Notes: generated by a model from the letters alone, not told the origin. 64,000 bases of DNA from Candidatus Jacksonbacteria bacterium RIFOXYB2_FULL_44_15 (GCA_001818235.1 MHJY01000005.1:19277-83276), one strand, 5' to 3'. Counted from the stretch's first letter, positions 47,098 through 57,027 are shown. Translations and numbers: made by a program.

Positions 47098-48108
47098 TTA
47101 TTCATTGTCCGTTACCGGGCAGAATTTTTTGATTTGGCTGGCCTCCATGGATTTAACTGTTTTTACCAGGCCGTCCTCAATCGGCGTGATGGGTAGCCAA
47201 CCTAAGCGTTCTTTGATCAAAGTTATGTCAGGAATCGGTTCTGGGTCGCGGTACGGCAAGGGCGGTTCGAACGTAATTCGGGAGCGGGAATCAATAATAT
47301 TAATAACCGCTTGGGCGATGTCTTTGAGTTTGTAGAGGTATTCCCCGCCGATGTTAAACGGGCCGCTTTCGCCGGAGCGCATCATGGCGATTAAGCCGTC
47401 CACCATATCTCCGACGTAGCAGAAAGTGTTGGTTGCCGTTTCGCCGCCGTAAATTATAACGTCCTCGTGTTTAATCGCCTGGTCAACAAAGTCTGGCACG
47501 ATCCGGCCGTCACCAACTCGCATGCGCGGACCGTAGGTGTTAAATAGTCGGGCGATTTTGGTGGGAAAGTTGTACTCAGCTCCGTAATAAACCACTAAGT
47601 TTTCGGCAAAACGCTTGCCGTCGATATAGCAGGCGCGCGGGCCCAGGGTTTCGACAATGCCCCAAGCCGTTTCTTTGACCGGTTGCAGATTATCGGCGAC
47701 GCGGCCATAAACTGCGCTGGACGAAGTAAAAAGAAATTTGGAGTGATACTGACGCGCGATTTCCAAAGCGTTACGCGTAGCGTGAGAATTAGCCAAGCAG
47801 GTTTGGAGCGGCAGGCGGTCGTAATCTTTAGGAGAGGTTGGGCAGGCTAAGTGATAAATCTCTTCTATGCCGTAGACCTGTACTTTAAATTTATGCAGTT
47901 CATCAAATTTATCCAGAAAAATCGGTTCGATTAAATCGTATTTAATAAACTCAAAATTAGGCAGGCGCAAAAATTCCTCGATATTATAAAAATCACTGCT
48001 GATAAAATTATCAATGGCGATAACATTGTTATCTTTGGATTGGGTCAGATGACTTACCAAATGGGAGCCGATAAAACCGGCGCCGCCGGTAATAAGGATA
48101 TTCTTCAT
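47098..48108 (-). CDS. NAD-dependent epimerase/dehydratase, UDP-glucuronate decarboxylase-like
   Basis: TGGAGFIGSH, YHLACPTSP, YxxGK, FNTYGPRM. Confidence 0.9.
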   Translation of the reverse strand: MKNILITGGAGFIGSHLVSHLTQSKDNNVIAIDNFISSDFYNIEEFLRLPNFEFIKYDLIEPIFLDKFDELHKFKVQVYGIEEIYHLACPTSPKDYDRLPLQTCLANSHATRNALEIARQYHSKFLFTSSSAVYGRVADNLQPVKETAWGIVETLGPRACYIDGKRFAENLVVYYGAEYNFPTKIARLFNTYGPRMRVGDGRIVPDFVDQAIKHEDVIIYGGETATNTFCYVGDMVDGLIAMMRSGESGPFNIGGEYLYKLKDIAQAVINIIDSRSRITFEPPLPYRDPEPIPDITLIKERLGWLPITPIEDGLVKTVKSMEASQIKKFCPVTDNE

Positions 48109-48126
48109 AATAGTGAACGGCTGGCA

Positions 48127-49988
48127 TTAATCAATTCGTAAAAAGCGTTCGCCGCTTTCTATCCCGATCGTTCCGGTTGCCGTTTGTAATTTTAAAGTAT
48201 AACGTTTTAGACCAAGACCGCAGTTTTTGAAAATGAGCGTGGGGGCAAAAGTGGCAGTCGCCCCATTTTTTATTTGATCCTCTTGGGGCCTGATTGCTCC
48301 GGCGATTTTAAGGCAAGGGTCGGTTGTTTCCAATTTAAGCGCTAAATTTTTTTTCTGCCAACTGCCGGCTGAATTGTTTTTGATTTTAATTGACGCGGTA
48401 ATCTGCCGCCATTTAGATAAAACCGCGACCGGCAGTTTTGTTTCCGTTAAAACCGCTAAGTGAACTGGTTTGACTTCAATAGTTTTATAAAGAGCGCCGC
48501 CTTTGATCGGTTGATTTTTGTAGGTCAATATAAATTTTACATCATAAAGGCCGGAATGGCTAGGGGCGTGGATAACATCGCTAAAGTTTGCGATTTGGCT
48601 GGGTTCGACCGTCGAGATTTCGTGATAATCGATTTCCGCCGGATTAAAGCCAAGCGGATTCCCTTGGCGATCGGTGATTTTTATTTTCAGATAAGTCGAC
48701 TCCCAGCTGATAATGCCCTTATTTTTAAAACTGATCTTAACGCTCAAGAAATTGTTGGGATATGCCCGGGTGTCAATTTTATCGCTAAACCATAAAGCCG
48801 CGCTGTCGCCGGCGAGTTTTAAAAGTTCGATCGGATCTTGGGGCGCAAAATTAGCCGGAGCAGCTGCTTTCAGGGCGCGGCGGCTGTTGATCAGGCCGGC
48901 GCCCATTTTTAGAGCGAGATCAGGATTTTGGGCGTCAAGGAATCGGCAGTGTCGGCAATAATCGCGGCGATTTGTTTATTGCTGTAGTTACCGTTAAATG
49001 ATTTGATGAGTGCCGCTAAACCGCTCACTTGGGGCGCCGCAAACGATGTCCCATTCCACAGGCCGCTGTAGGCGGCGTTAAAAGGCTCGCCTAATTTAGG
49101 ATTCATTGTCTGGGTGCTAACCATATCCACGCCTGGCGCGTTGATATCCAAACAAGTCAAACCAAAATTGGAAAAGTCAGCTTTGCTTTTATTTTTATCA
49201 ACCGCGCCGACGCCGATTACCCAGTCGTCTTGAGTGTCACGATAACAGGCCGGATATACTGGCACAGTATCTAAATCGCCGCCGTCGGAAGTGGACAAAG
49301 TGCCGAGCGCGTCATTGCCGACTGCGGCCACGATGACGATGCCTTGTTGATAGGCGTATTTAATGGCTTCCTGTAGTTCGGTGGTATTACTGCGGCCGAC
49401 AAAACTTAAATTGATGATGTCGGCGCCTTCTTTTACGGCGTAACGAATGGCCTGGGCGGCATCACCGGTATAACCTTCGCCGATACTATTTAAAGCGCGC
49501 AGGGCCATGATTTTTGATCGCCAACTGATGCCGGCGATTCCCAGGCCATTATTGCCGCTCCCAGCGATAACGCCGGCGACGAGCGTACCGTGGCTCACCC
49601 CTTCGGTGGAATAATTTTTAAATTGCGGATTTGGGTCATTGTTGTTATCAACAAAATTCCATCCGTAAACATCATCAATATAACCGTTATTATCATCATC
49701 CCTGCCATTATCAGCTATTTCGTCTTGATTTATCCAGATATTGTCTTTTAAATCCGGATGATCCAAATCAACTCCGCTGTCAATTACCGCTATCACTACG
49801 TCCGGCGAACCGACCGAATAGCCCCAAGCTTGGTCGACTTGGGTCATTCCAATATAATATTGCGTATCAAAATGAGGATCGTTAGGAGTAACGGTTAGAG
49901 CTTGGGCAACGGTGGGAATCAATAGAGCTAGTAATAACATCATTCCCAAAGAGGCAGTTCGAGTTTTAGACAAGGTATTAAAAATCAT
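48127..49988 (-). pseudogene. Secreted S8 subtilase with Ig-like C-terminal domains, split by a 1-bp frameshift near 48940
   Basis: VIDSG, HGT, GTSFAAP triad in 48909..49988; the -1 frame continues LDAQNPDLALK-MGAGLIN into 48127..48906. Confidence 0.8.
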
Positions 49989-50003
49989 GATTCATGAATT
50001 TTG

Positions 50004-51296
50004 TTACTCCTCTATTCGCTTGATTCCAGCACCGAGTTCATTCAGACGGACTTCCAGGCGTTCGTAACCGCGGTCGATAGTATTTTCGACGTCATTAATC
50101 ATAGTTTCGCCGTCAGCGACCAGGCCCGCGATTACAAACATGCCGCCGCCGCGAATGTTGGGGCTTTTGAGTTCATACGACGAAAGTGGTGTGGGGCCGG
50201 TAATTATTGAGCGGTGAGGGTCACAAACAAGCGCGCTTGCGCCCATGCGGACAAGTTCCGGAATGTGCCGCATTCGGTCTTCGAACAATGGATCGTGAAT
50301 TAAGCTGGCGCCCTGACATTGGGTGGCGAGCAAAGAAAATGGTTCTTGCAGATCAGTCGGAAAACCGGGATACGGTAGAGCCTGAACTTTAAAAGGTTTA
50401 AGGTTGTGGCTTCGTTTAATTTTTAAGGACCAAGTACACTCACCAGTTTGTCCAACAGTAATATCAGCGCCGATTTCTTTTAATTTTAATAAAACAATGT
50501 CCAAATGATTAACGTCTAAGTCGCAGATTGTGAGTTCGTCTCCAAGGAGCGTTCCAGCTACTGCCATGGTCCCTGCTTCCAGCATATCCGGAATTATTTT
50601 GTGAGTAGCGCCGTTTAATTTTTGGACGCCATTGACGGTAATTTGATTATTCGGTTCGATTTTGATTTGAGCGCCGGCACTGTTTAAAAATTTGATTAAA
50701 TCTTGGACGTGCGGTTCCTGGGCGGCTAACTTTATGGTTGTGTTCCCATTGGCTAACACTGCCAGCATAATGGCATTTTCCGTCGCGGTCACGGAGAATT
50801 CCGGTAGGGTGATTGCGGCGCCGTTTAATTTATCAAGCGTAATTTTTAAATTGGTTTTGCCTTGTTCGTCTTTTTGGGAATTGATGTTTGCTCCAAATTG
50901 TTGCAAGATCGCCAGGTGGGTGTCCAATGGGCGGTTGCCCAAAAAACAACCTCCGGGTTCCGGCAGTTCGACCCCGCCAAACCTCGAAAGCAACGGACCG
51001 ATTAAAAGTACCGAGGAGCGCATGGTTTTGATCAATTGATCATTAAGATTTTGCAGAGTTGTTGGTTCGGTATTGATCGTTACCTGATGGTCGCCGGTCC
51101 ACTGGATTTGCGCTCCCAGGGACATCAATAAATCGAGCATTTTGTAGACGTCGGAAACCCGCGGCACATTATCCAAAACGCAAGGGTGCTTAACCAAAAG
51201 ACAAGCGGCGATTATCGGCGTGGCCGCGTTTTTTGAACCGTTTACTTTAAATTCTCCGGTAAGCGTTTTAGGACCGGTAATGATAAATTTAGACAT
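50004..51296 (-). CDS. murA: UDP-N-acetylglucosamine 1-carboxyvinyltransferase
   Basis: GSKNA, PGGCFLGNRP, SVTATEN, PYPGFPTD, IDRGY; start set at MSKF. Confidence 0.96.
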   Translation of the reverse strand: MSKFIITGPKTLTGEFKVNGSKNAATPIIAACLLVKHPCVLDNVPRVSDVYKMLDLLMSLGAQIQWTGDHQVTINTEPTTLQNLNDQLIKTMRSSVLLIGPLLSRFGGVELPEPGGCFLGNRPLDTHLAILQQFGANINSQKDEQGKTNLKITLDKLNGAAITLPEFSVTATENAIMLAVLANGNTTIKLAAQEPHVQDLIKFLNSAGAQIKIEPNNQITVNGVQKLNGATHKIIPDMLEAGTMAVAGTLLGDELTICDLDVNHLDIVLLKLKEIGADITVGQTGECTWSLKIKRSHNLKPFKVQALPYPGFPTDLQEPFSLLATQCQGASLIHDPLFEDRMRHIPELVRMGASALVCDPHRSIITGPTPLSSYELKSPNIRGGGMFVIAGLVADGETMINDVENTIDRGYERLEVRLNELGAGIKRIEE

Positions 51297-51696
51297 TCTT
51301 TTTTTTGCGAAACAAACTTCGTCGTTTAGTGTACCAACGCATTCTTTCAGTACAATCCAGTTGATTTTTTTTACGGCAAGCGGCAACCGGATATTTTTTA
51401 GCTAAAATTTTGATTTTTTCTTGAAGCGTGGTGCTAAGGTCGATTTTTAAAATGTCTGACATAGCAAGGACGCCGTATAAAACGTCAACCAACTCGTGAT
51501 GGACTTCCTTGGCAATCAACGGGTCATGCAGATATGCATCTTCGTCCCAGACAAAATGGTCCAATAGCTCGCCGGCTTCGACTGCGATGTCTTTGGCAAA
51601 AGTTGCGGCCGAGGCTTTCTGCCAGTTACGTTCCAAGCGAAATTTTTGGCAGAGTTCGCGCAGTTCGGATATGGTTGTTTTTTGGTCAGAGAACAT
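51289..51696 (-). CDS. MazG-like nucleotide pyrophosphohydrolase
   Basis: ERNW, EAGELLDHF.W, ELVDV, KYP; start set at MFSDQ. Confidence 0.8.
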   Translation of the reverse strand: MFSDQKTTISELRELCQKFRLERNWQKASAATFAKDIAVEAGELLDHFVWDEDAYLHDPLIAKEVHHELVDVLYGVLAMSDILKIDLSTTLQEKIKILAKKYPVAACRKKNQLDCTERMRWYTKRRSLFRKKKNV

Positions 51697-51715
51697 AACG
51701 GAATTACTATTATAT

Positions 51716-51741
51716 GGATTCCTGCTTTCGCAGGAATGACA
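51716..51741. repeat. Empty GATTCC...GGAATGAC palindrome (intergenic)
   Basis: ggattcctgctttcgcaggaatgaca. Confidence 0.85.
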
Positions 51742-51758
51742 ATCAAGTGTAATGATTA

Positions 51759-52229
51759 CTATCGTTTCAAGACGTCCGAGGCAAACTGCCATTCAATTAA
51801 ATCCCCGGCTTTTAGGCGATAAGAGGATGCTCCGACTGGCGCGTAATTTCCATTAATAAAATATTGCCAGAATTTACCATCTTGGCCGTTAGGATAATCG
51901 CCGATTTGGGTCACTAATACTCCGAGTCCGCCATAACTTTGAGACTTCAAATAAATCTGGCGATCATCCAGAATTTTTTTCATCACCGGCCAGAGCAATT
52001 CTTCTTTTCCTGCGGTTAAGGAGTAATTCGCAATTATTTTATCATTACCGAGATCGATTTGCAAGGTGACGGTAGCGGTGCTGGGGACGGTATTTGGCTC
52101 AATCGCTGTTGGTATTTGATCGTCAGTCGGCGTTGGCGCTTGACGATCGATCAAAGTGCAGGCGCCGAGAGTCAGACTTACAACTCCAAAAACTAGCAAT
52201 GTCAAAATCAAAAATCTGAGTCGTTTCAT
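51759..52229 (-). CDS. DUF4430-like lipoprotein
   Basis: LGAC lipobox; G.LVTQI...FWQYFING...VGA..Y.LK.GD.IEW. Confidence 0.75.
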   Translation of the reverse strand: MKRLRFLILTLLVFGVVSLTLGACTLIDRQAPTPTDDQIPTAIEPNTVPSTATVTLQIDLGNDKIIANYSLTAGKEELLWPVMKKILDDRQIYLKSQSYGGLGVLVTQIGDYPNGQDGKFWQYFINGNYAPVGASSYRLKAGDLIEWQFASDVLKR

Positions 52230-52268
52230 AAATTATAGGACTTATGTGTTTAATGAGTAGACATATAA

Positions 52269-52386
52269 TTTTGTCATTCCCGCGCAGGCGGGAATCCAGT
52301 ATTTAATTTATCTATATAAGTCATAGATTCCCGCTTTCCCTCTTACGCTCAAGGCTTCGGAAGGGCATGGCGCGGGAATGACAAAA
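52269..52386. repeat. Inverted doublet of GTCATTCCCGC palindromes, right copy carrying a nested 33-bp element
   Basis: 17-bp terminal inverted repeat ttttgtcattcccgcgc/gcgcgggaatgacaaaa; insert at 52339-52371. Confidence 0.9.
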
Positions 52387-52423
52387 TACGTTAAAATCGA
52401 ATTTTGCGATATGCTCTTGGAAT

Positions 52424-53206
52424 TTAGTTAACAGCATCGCGCGCGGCGTGGATTTGCAAGATTTCTTGCGCCAACTCGTGGTAAGCTAACGCTCCAGCGG
52501 AAGTCGCGTCGTAATTTAAAATCGGTTGCCCGTATGAAGGCGCTTCGGCCAGGCGGATGCTTCGCGGGATCACGGATTTTAATATTTTATCGGGAAAATA
52601 TTTTTGAAGTTCAGCCAAAACTTCCCGCGCCAGCAATGTCCGCTTATCATACATTGTAATTAAGGCGCCAAGAATATTCAAATCAGGTTTCAAATGTTCT
52701 TTGATTAAATTAATCGTTTCCAGTAGCTGGCCTAAACCTTCCAAAGCGTAATACTCCGCCTGGATCGGGATCAAAATTTCCTCGGCAGCCACTAGTCCGT
52801 TGATCGTTAAAAGGCCAAGCGAGGGCGGACAATCAATAATAATGTAATCGTAACCTGAAAGCGTTTGAATTAAAGATTTTAGCCGGAACTCGCGCTCCGG
52901 ATGGTCAACCAGCTCGATATTGGCGCCGGCTAACGCACTGCCGGAGGGCGCCAAGTGGAGCCGGTCTTCGGCACCGCCCAGAATAATTTTATCAACCGGC
53001 GTTTGGGCAATGATGGCGTGATAAATATTTTGATCCAATTGCTTGTGGTTTATGCCTAAACCGCTGGTGGCATTAGCCTGCGGATCAATATCCACGAGTA
53101 AAGTTTTTTGATTAAAATAAGCCAAATAACTGGCAAGATTAATTGCCGTCGTGGTTTTTCCGACGCCGCCTTTTTGGTTAACAACGGAAATTATTTTAGT
53201 TGGCAT
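52424..53206 (-). CDS. parA: ParA/Soj ATPase
   Basis: NQKGGVGKTT, DPQANAT, DCPPSLG, EYYALEG, EAPS; start set at MPTK. Confidence 0.93.
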   Translation of the reverse strand: MPTKIISVVNQKGGVGKTTTAINLASYLAYFNQKTLLVDIDPQANATSGLGINHKQLDQNIYHAIIAQTPVDKIILGGAEDRLHLAPSGSALAGANIELVDHPEREFRLKSLIQTLSGYDYIIIDCPPSLGLLTINGLVAAEEILIPIQAEYYALEGLGQLLETINLIKEHLKPDLNILGALITMYDKRTLLAREVLAELQKYFPDKILKSVIPRSIRLAEAPSYGQPILNYDATSAGALAYHELAQEILQIHAARDAVN

Positions 53207-53343
53207 ATGATGCTTAAATTTCATCAACCTCAATTGCACTTTATCACATCTAATTGGCTCTCACAAGGGATTGGGCGATTTCAAAAAAAGCCCCCCGAAT
53301 TAATGTGGAGGGTCTTTTAATTAAGTAAACTTATATTAAATAT

Positions 53344-54126
53344 TTATTTAACCAAGTAACTAACGTTTACTTCGACGATCAGTTCTTGTGAGCCGTTCGG
53401 CACAATCGGACTGCCAACCGCGCTACCGCCTCCCATGCCGGTACTTTTATAATAGGCCATGTCGTTGTACTCCGGTGAGGCGACAACATTTTCCCACCAG
53501 CCAACGATTTTTCCGAATTTTACGCCTAGGGCGCCGGCAAGCTCAGTACTCTTTTTCCGAGCGTCAGTGATGGCGTTAAGGCGCGCTTCTTGTTTGAGTT
53601 CGTTTAATTTGGAAGTGGTAAAGGTGACGCCGTTAATTTGATTCGAGCCAGCCGCCCCGGCTGCGGCGATAATTTTGGCGATGTTGTCGGCGTTTTCCGT
53701 AATGTCTCTAACTTTGACAATGATAGTTTGATTAGCATTGTAGCCGCCCAATTTCTGGACGCTGTCAACGTAGTCATATTGTGGTGAGAGCGTGTAACTT
53801 TGAGTTTGAATATCCTCTTTGGGGATGCCGGCCTTGACGATGGCGTCATAAACCTTGTTCATTTTATCATTCAACTGACGCAGGGCATCTTCAGGTTTCG
53901 GGGCTTTGTCGACCTGGACGCCTAAACTAACATTAGCTTCATCAGGCTGATAAGATATTTTTCCTTGGCCGGTAACGCTAACTTGGTACTGTCCGGGGTT
54001 GACTATCCGGTCACGGATAATGGCCGTGGTTACTACGCCGGCAATCAAAATCATGCCGACAATTGCCGCGGCTGTCTTGCCGCCGGAAGTGCAACAAACG
54101 TGGCCATCAGAATTAGGTTGGTTCAT
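53344..54126 (-). CDS. SIMPL (DUF541) domain protein
   Basis: VTGQG...PD.A...GV; DIQT..Y.L.PQY; A..DA..K. Confidence 0.85.
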   Translation of the reverse strand: MNQPNSDGHVCCTSGGKTAAAIVGMILIAGVVTTAIIRDRIVNPGQYQVSVTGQGKISYQPDEANVSLGVQVDKAPKPEDALRQLNDKMNKVYDAIVKAGIPKEDIQTQSYTLSPQYDYVDSVQKLGGYNANQTIIVKVRDITENADNIAKIIAAAGAAGSNQINGVTFTTSKLNELKQEARLNAITDARKKSTELAGALGVKFGKIVGWWENVVASPEYNDMAYYKSTGMGGGSAVGSPIVPNGSQELIVEVNVSYLVK

Positions 54127-54226
54127 AAATAAGAGAGACTGCCGTTGCAGTCAAAAAACACAAACCACAACAGCTAGTCGTTTAAATAGTTTGCGCATTT
54201 TAGCATACTTTATCGGGCACTGCAAA

Positions 54227-54649
54227 TCATAACTGCAAGTCACCTAAATAGTATTTACTAAGAAGGTCACGAGCTTTTGGTGAATGTGGCGTGCCAGAAC
54301 CCATGGGCCGTGTTTCGAACAGCGTCGTCGCGTCTTGGCCGCAATTAGGCACGATTCTATTAGCCCCACCTGGATGTGATGCAATAAACTTGGTGACATC
54401 ATAGACCTTGCCGTCAATTACCAGCCAGCAGTTATCGGCTTTTTGGTGTTTGATGATTTCGCGCATGGTCAACGGTAATTGCGTGGGCGCTGGTTTAGTC
54501 AAATTTGCGCTGGCAGTAGAAGGCGCAATCGACGCGGGCGCGGTACCTGTAGCCGGATTTGTCGTGTCGGCGCTTGGCTGGCTGTTTGATACTGCCGAAC
54601 AAGCGCTTAGTGTTAGTGTGAACATAAAAGCAATGATTATTTTTTTCAT
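54227..54649 (-). CDS. Lipoprotein with cytochrome b5-like heme-binding domain
   Basis: LSAC lipobox; CWLVIDGKVYDVT..HPGG...G.DAT...HS. Confidence 0.88.
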   Translation of the reverse strand: MKKIIIAFMFTLTLSACSAVSNSQPSADTTNPATGTAPASIAPSTASANLTKPAPTQLPLTMREIIKHQKADNCWLVIDGKVYDVTKFIASHPGGANRIVPNCGQDATTLFETRPMGSGTPHSPKARDLLSKYYLGDLQL

Positions 54650-54651
54650 AG

Positions 54652-55476
54652 TTATATTTTTAAAACGTTTTTTTGATAATACTCTTTAAATAATTTTTGC
54701 AATTTTTTGGTTTGCGGAAAACTTGAAGCGATTTCGACCTCGTCAATCTGGCGGATCGGCAAAACATTTTGCGAAGTGCTGGTGATAAAGAGTTCGTCAT
54801 AATTTTTGATTGTATTTAAAGCGATATCTTTTTCTTCGATTTTAAAATGCCCGGCTGTCACCCCCAATAATATTTTACGCGTGATGCCGGATAAAATTTT
54901 CACGGTTGGCGGCGAAATTATGGTATTCGCTTTGATCGCGAAAAAGTTACTGCGGCTGCCTTCGCGGATATTGCCGTCATGATCAATCAACAGCGCCTCG
55001 ATTGCTCCCCTTTTTTTAGCTTCGCGCAGAGCGAGGAAACCTAGCAGTAGATTTTTACTTTTACATTGCGGTAAAGACCGCTCGCCATGGTAAGTTATTA
55101 CTTTAACGCCTTGGCTGTAATAAGTGTTTGGATAATAAGTCAGTCCGGTAACTTGGATGATATAAAGTTGAGCATCCTGATTTTTATCAACATCACCGAT
55201 TAAAACTATCCGCAACAAGGCGTCGGCGGTTTGATTTTTTGTAACGAGCAGTTCCAGCCAGTTCAAAATTTGTTCTTTGGTGAACGAATGTCCCAGATCC
55301 ATCAGCTGGGCTGATTCTATCAATCTGTCTACATGATATTCCGGGAAAAAGATTTTGCCTTGCACTGTCTTGAGCGAATCATAAACCGCGAAATCAAAAA
55401 AATAACCCTGATTTTTGATCGAGATATTGGCCTGGGATTCATCAATTAGATTTCCATTGTAGATGGCAAAGGGCAT
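54652..55476 (-). CDS. Class IV PLP aminotransferase (IlvE/PabC/Dat fold)
   Basis: YHVDRL..SA, KSKN, EGSRSNFF, ILSGITR, ELFITST. Confidence 0.88.
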   Translation of the reverse strand: MPFAIYNGNLIDESQANISIKNQGYFFDFAVYDSLKTVQGKIFFPEYHVDRLIESAQLMDLGHSFTKEQILNWLELLVTKNQTADALLRIVLIGDVDKNQDAQLYIIQVTGLTYYPNTYYSQGVKVITYHGERSLPQCKSKNLLLGFLALREAKKRGAIEALLIDHDGNIREGSRSNFFAIKANTIISPPTVKILSGITRKILLGVTAGHFKIEEKDIALNTIKNYDELFITSTSQNVLPIRQIDEVEIASSFPQTKKLQKLFKEYYQKNVLKI

Positions 55477-55506
55477 GGTGATAAAAATTTCAATTTAAAC
55501 TAGGTT

Positions 55507-55587
55507 TGTCATCCCGAGCTTGTCGAGGGATCTCTTACTTGAGCCATTGTTTATGAAAGGGATTCCTCGCTAACGCTCGGAATGACA
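55507..55587. repeat. GTCATCCCGAGC...GCTCGGAATGAC palindromic doublet overlapping a gene 3' end
   Basis: Terminal inverted repeat tgtcat(c/t)ccgagc, inner cgagggatc/gattcctcg. Confidence 0.85.
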
Positions 55588-56015
55588 GTTTTGAGATGAC
55601 CGCACTTAATCTTCGATAGATCCGAATTAATAATCACCGGCTTGACCGCCTCGATTTCTGATTTGTAATATTCAATTTTCGGTATCGGATTCAACAAAAA
55701 GATTTTTTTATATAAAATATGGGCAAAGCCGATTTCCATTAATGTATTTCCGCCGATGTAATTTTTGATGCCTCGCCGGTCGTAATTTAAAACCAAGATG
55801 GCGTCGGACTTTTTTATTTCCTTATAAAATTCACGAATCGCGTCTTTTTCGTTTTTGTGATAGACGGTCAGTTTTTCCTTTTCCTTGGTGCTTTTGTCGA
55901 TATAAGCTGGCGCGAAAGAGGAAACAACCGCGCTATGCCCCAGTTTTTCCAATTCTTTTTTTATTTCCAGCATTTTTTCGGTAAAAACCATGCTGGCGCA
56001 AATGGCGATTTTCAT
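55551..56015 (-). CDS. Conserved protein, nucleoside 2-deoxyribosyltransferase-like fold
   Basis: MKIAICASM.F, SDAILVLN, YIGGNTLMEIGFA. Confidence 0.6.
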   Translation of the reverse strand: MKIAICASMVFTEKMLEIKKELEKLGHSAVVSSFAPAYIDKSTKEKEKLTVYHKNEKDAIREFYKEIKKSDAILVLNYDRRGIKNYIGGNTLMEIGFAHILYKKIFLLNPIPKIEYYKSEIEAVKPVIINSDLSKIKCGHLKTVIPSVSEESLS

Positions 56016-56022
56016 AATTTAG

Positions 56023-56871
56023 CTATAATGATTTAGATTTTTTTGTCTGCAATCTTTTTTTATCTATGCGTTCCAATTGTTTTATTTCTTTTTTGACCGC
56101 TCTAATGTGTTTTTCTGCCGGTATATTTTCTGGTGTTATCCCGCCAATTTCTTTAATGGTTTGTCTTACTTTACCGCCAACCATAAAATGAGTTTGCGAA
56201 GCTGAATAGTCTCCTTGTATTTTATTTTTTCTTAATTTTTCATCAGTCTGTGTAATACGAAACAAATTTGCCGCCAATTCGGTAGAGCCAGCTCTGTCTA
56301 ATAACTCGCCTTTCTTTATTCCTTTTTTTTGCTCAATATCTGTCAATGGCATTCCGTAAAGACCTTTATAGCCAGCATTATTAAACAAACCAAACTTTGT
56401 TACGCCAGCTTGTTTAGCTGTTGAAAAAAGCTTTTTGTTGTGGTTGGATACCTCGTTGCGGATGAATAGTCTTTTTGAAGTATCTGGCAATTGCTCATAA
56501 ATCTCCTGTTTTCTTGTTTGGATGGCAAAATATGTTTGCGCCAGAGCTATTTCCGGTTTATTAGGGTCTCCATTTTGGGCTATCAAATAGCAAGCATATC
56601 GGTCTAATTTGTAATTTTTGATCTCTCTGATCGTATTTGAGCCAATTTCGACCATTTTAACCGTTCGGTTAAAATGGTTATCCACAGCCTGACCGCTATT
56701 TATACAGGCGCGAGCCGCTCTCGCAATCACTTCTTCTGCCTTTTGCCAATTTCCATATCCCAATAAAGGCATTAGTTCACGCGCCTCCCAATACTCAATC
56801 CCGTTTTCATCAATTTTTTTAATGCCCTCAAAATTTTTATGAGGAGCAGAGGGTATTATTGCTTTAGTCAT
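56023..56871 (-). CDS. dinD: DNA-damage-inducible protein D family (BRO-like)
   Basis: YWEARELM, RYACYLIAQNGDP, AQTYFAIQTR, ELAANLFRITQT; start set at MTKA. Confidence 0.9.
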   Translation of the reverse strand: MTKAIIPSAPHKNFEGIKKIDENGIEYWEARELMPLLGYGNWQKAEEVIARAARACINSGQAVDNHFNRTVKMVEIGSNTIREIKNYKLDRYACYLIAQNGDPNKPEIALAQTYFAIQTRKQEIYEQLPDTSKRLFIRNEVSNHNKKLFSTAKQAGVTKFGLFNNAGYKGLYGMPLTDIEQKKGIKKGELLDRAGSTELAANLFRITQTDEKLRKNKIQGDYSASQTHFMVGGKVRQTIKEIGGITPENIPAEKHIRAVKKEIKQLERIDKKRLQTKKSKSL

Positions 56872-56969
56872 AATTTTTATTTTACACATTAAACAAAAGA
56901 AAGGCAAATTAACGCGCACCATTGCTCATAATATCGTTACAAAAAAACGACGCGGGGATTTGAATGGAC

Positions 56970-57027
56970 AAAAAAAGTGGCTGATGTTTTTATCATAGCT
57001 ATAAACTAAGATAGAAACAAAAGCCAC
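56970..57027 (-). terminator. Long imperfect hairpin with T-tail downstream of the radical SAM gene
   Basis: gtggct..tgtttttatc / gatagaaaca..agccac; A7 run on + reads T7 on -. Confidence 0.5.

Noticed and set aside
51697-51792. N-terminal extension CHSCESRNP on the MazG-like ORF and overlapping short ORFs reading VIPAKAGI
   Set aside because: These are translations of the intergenic palindrome at 51716; the likely start is 51696
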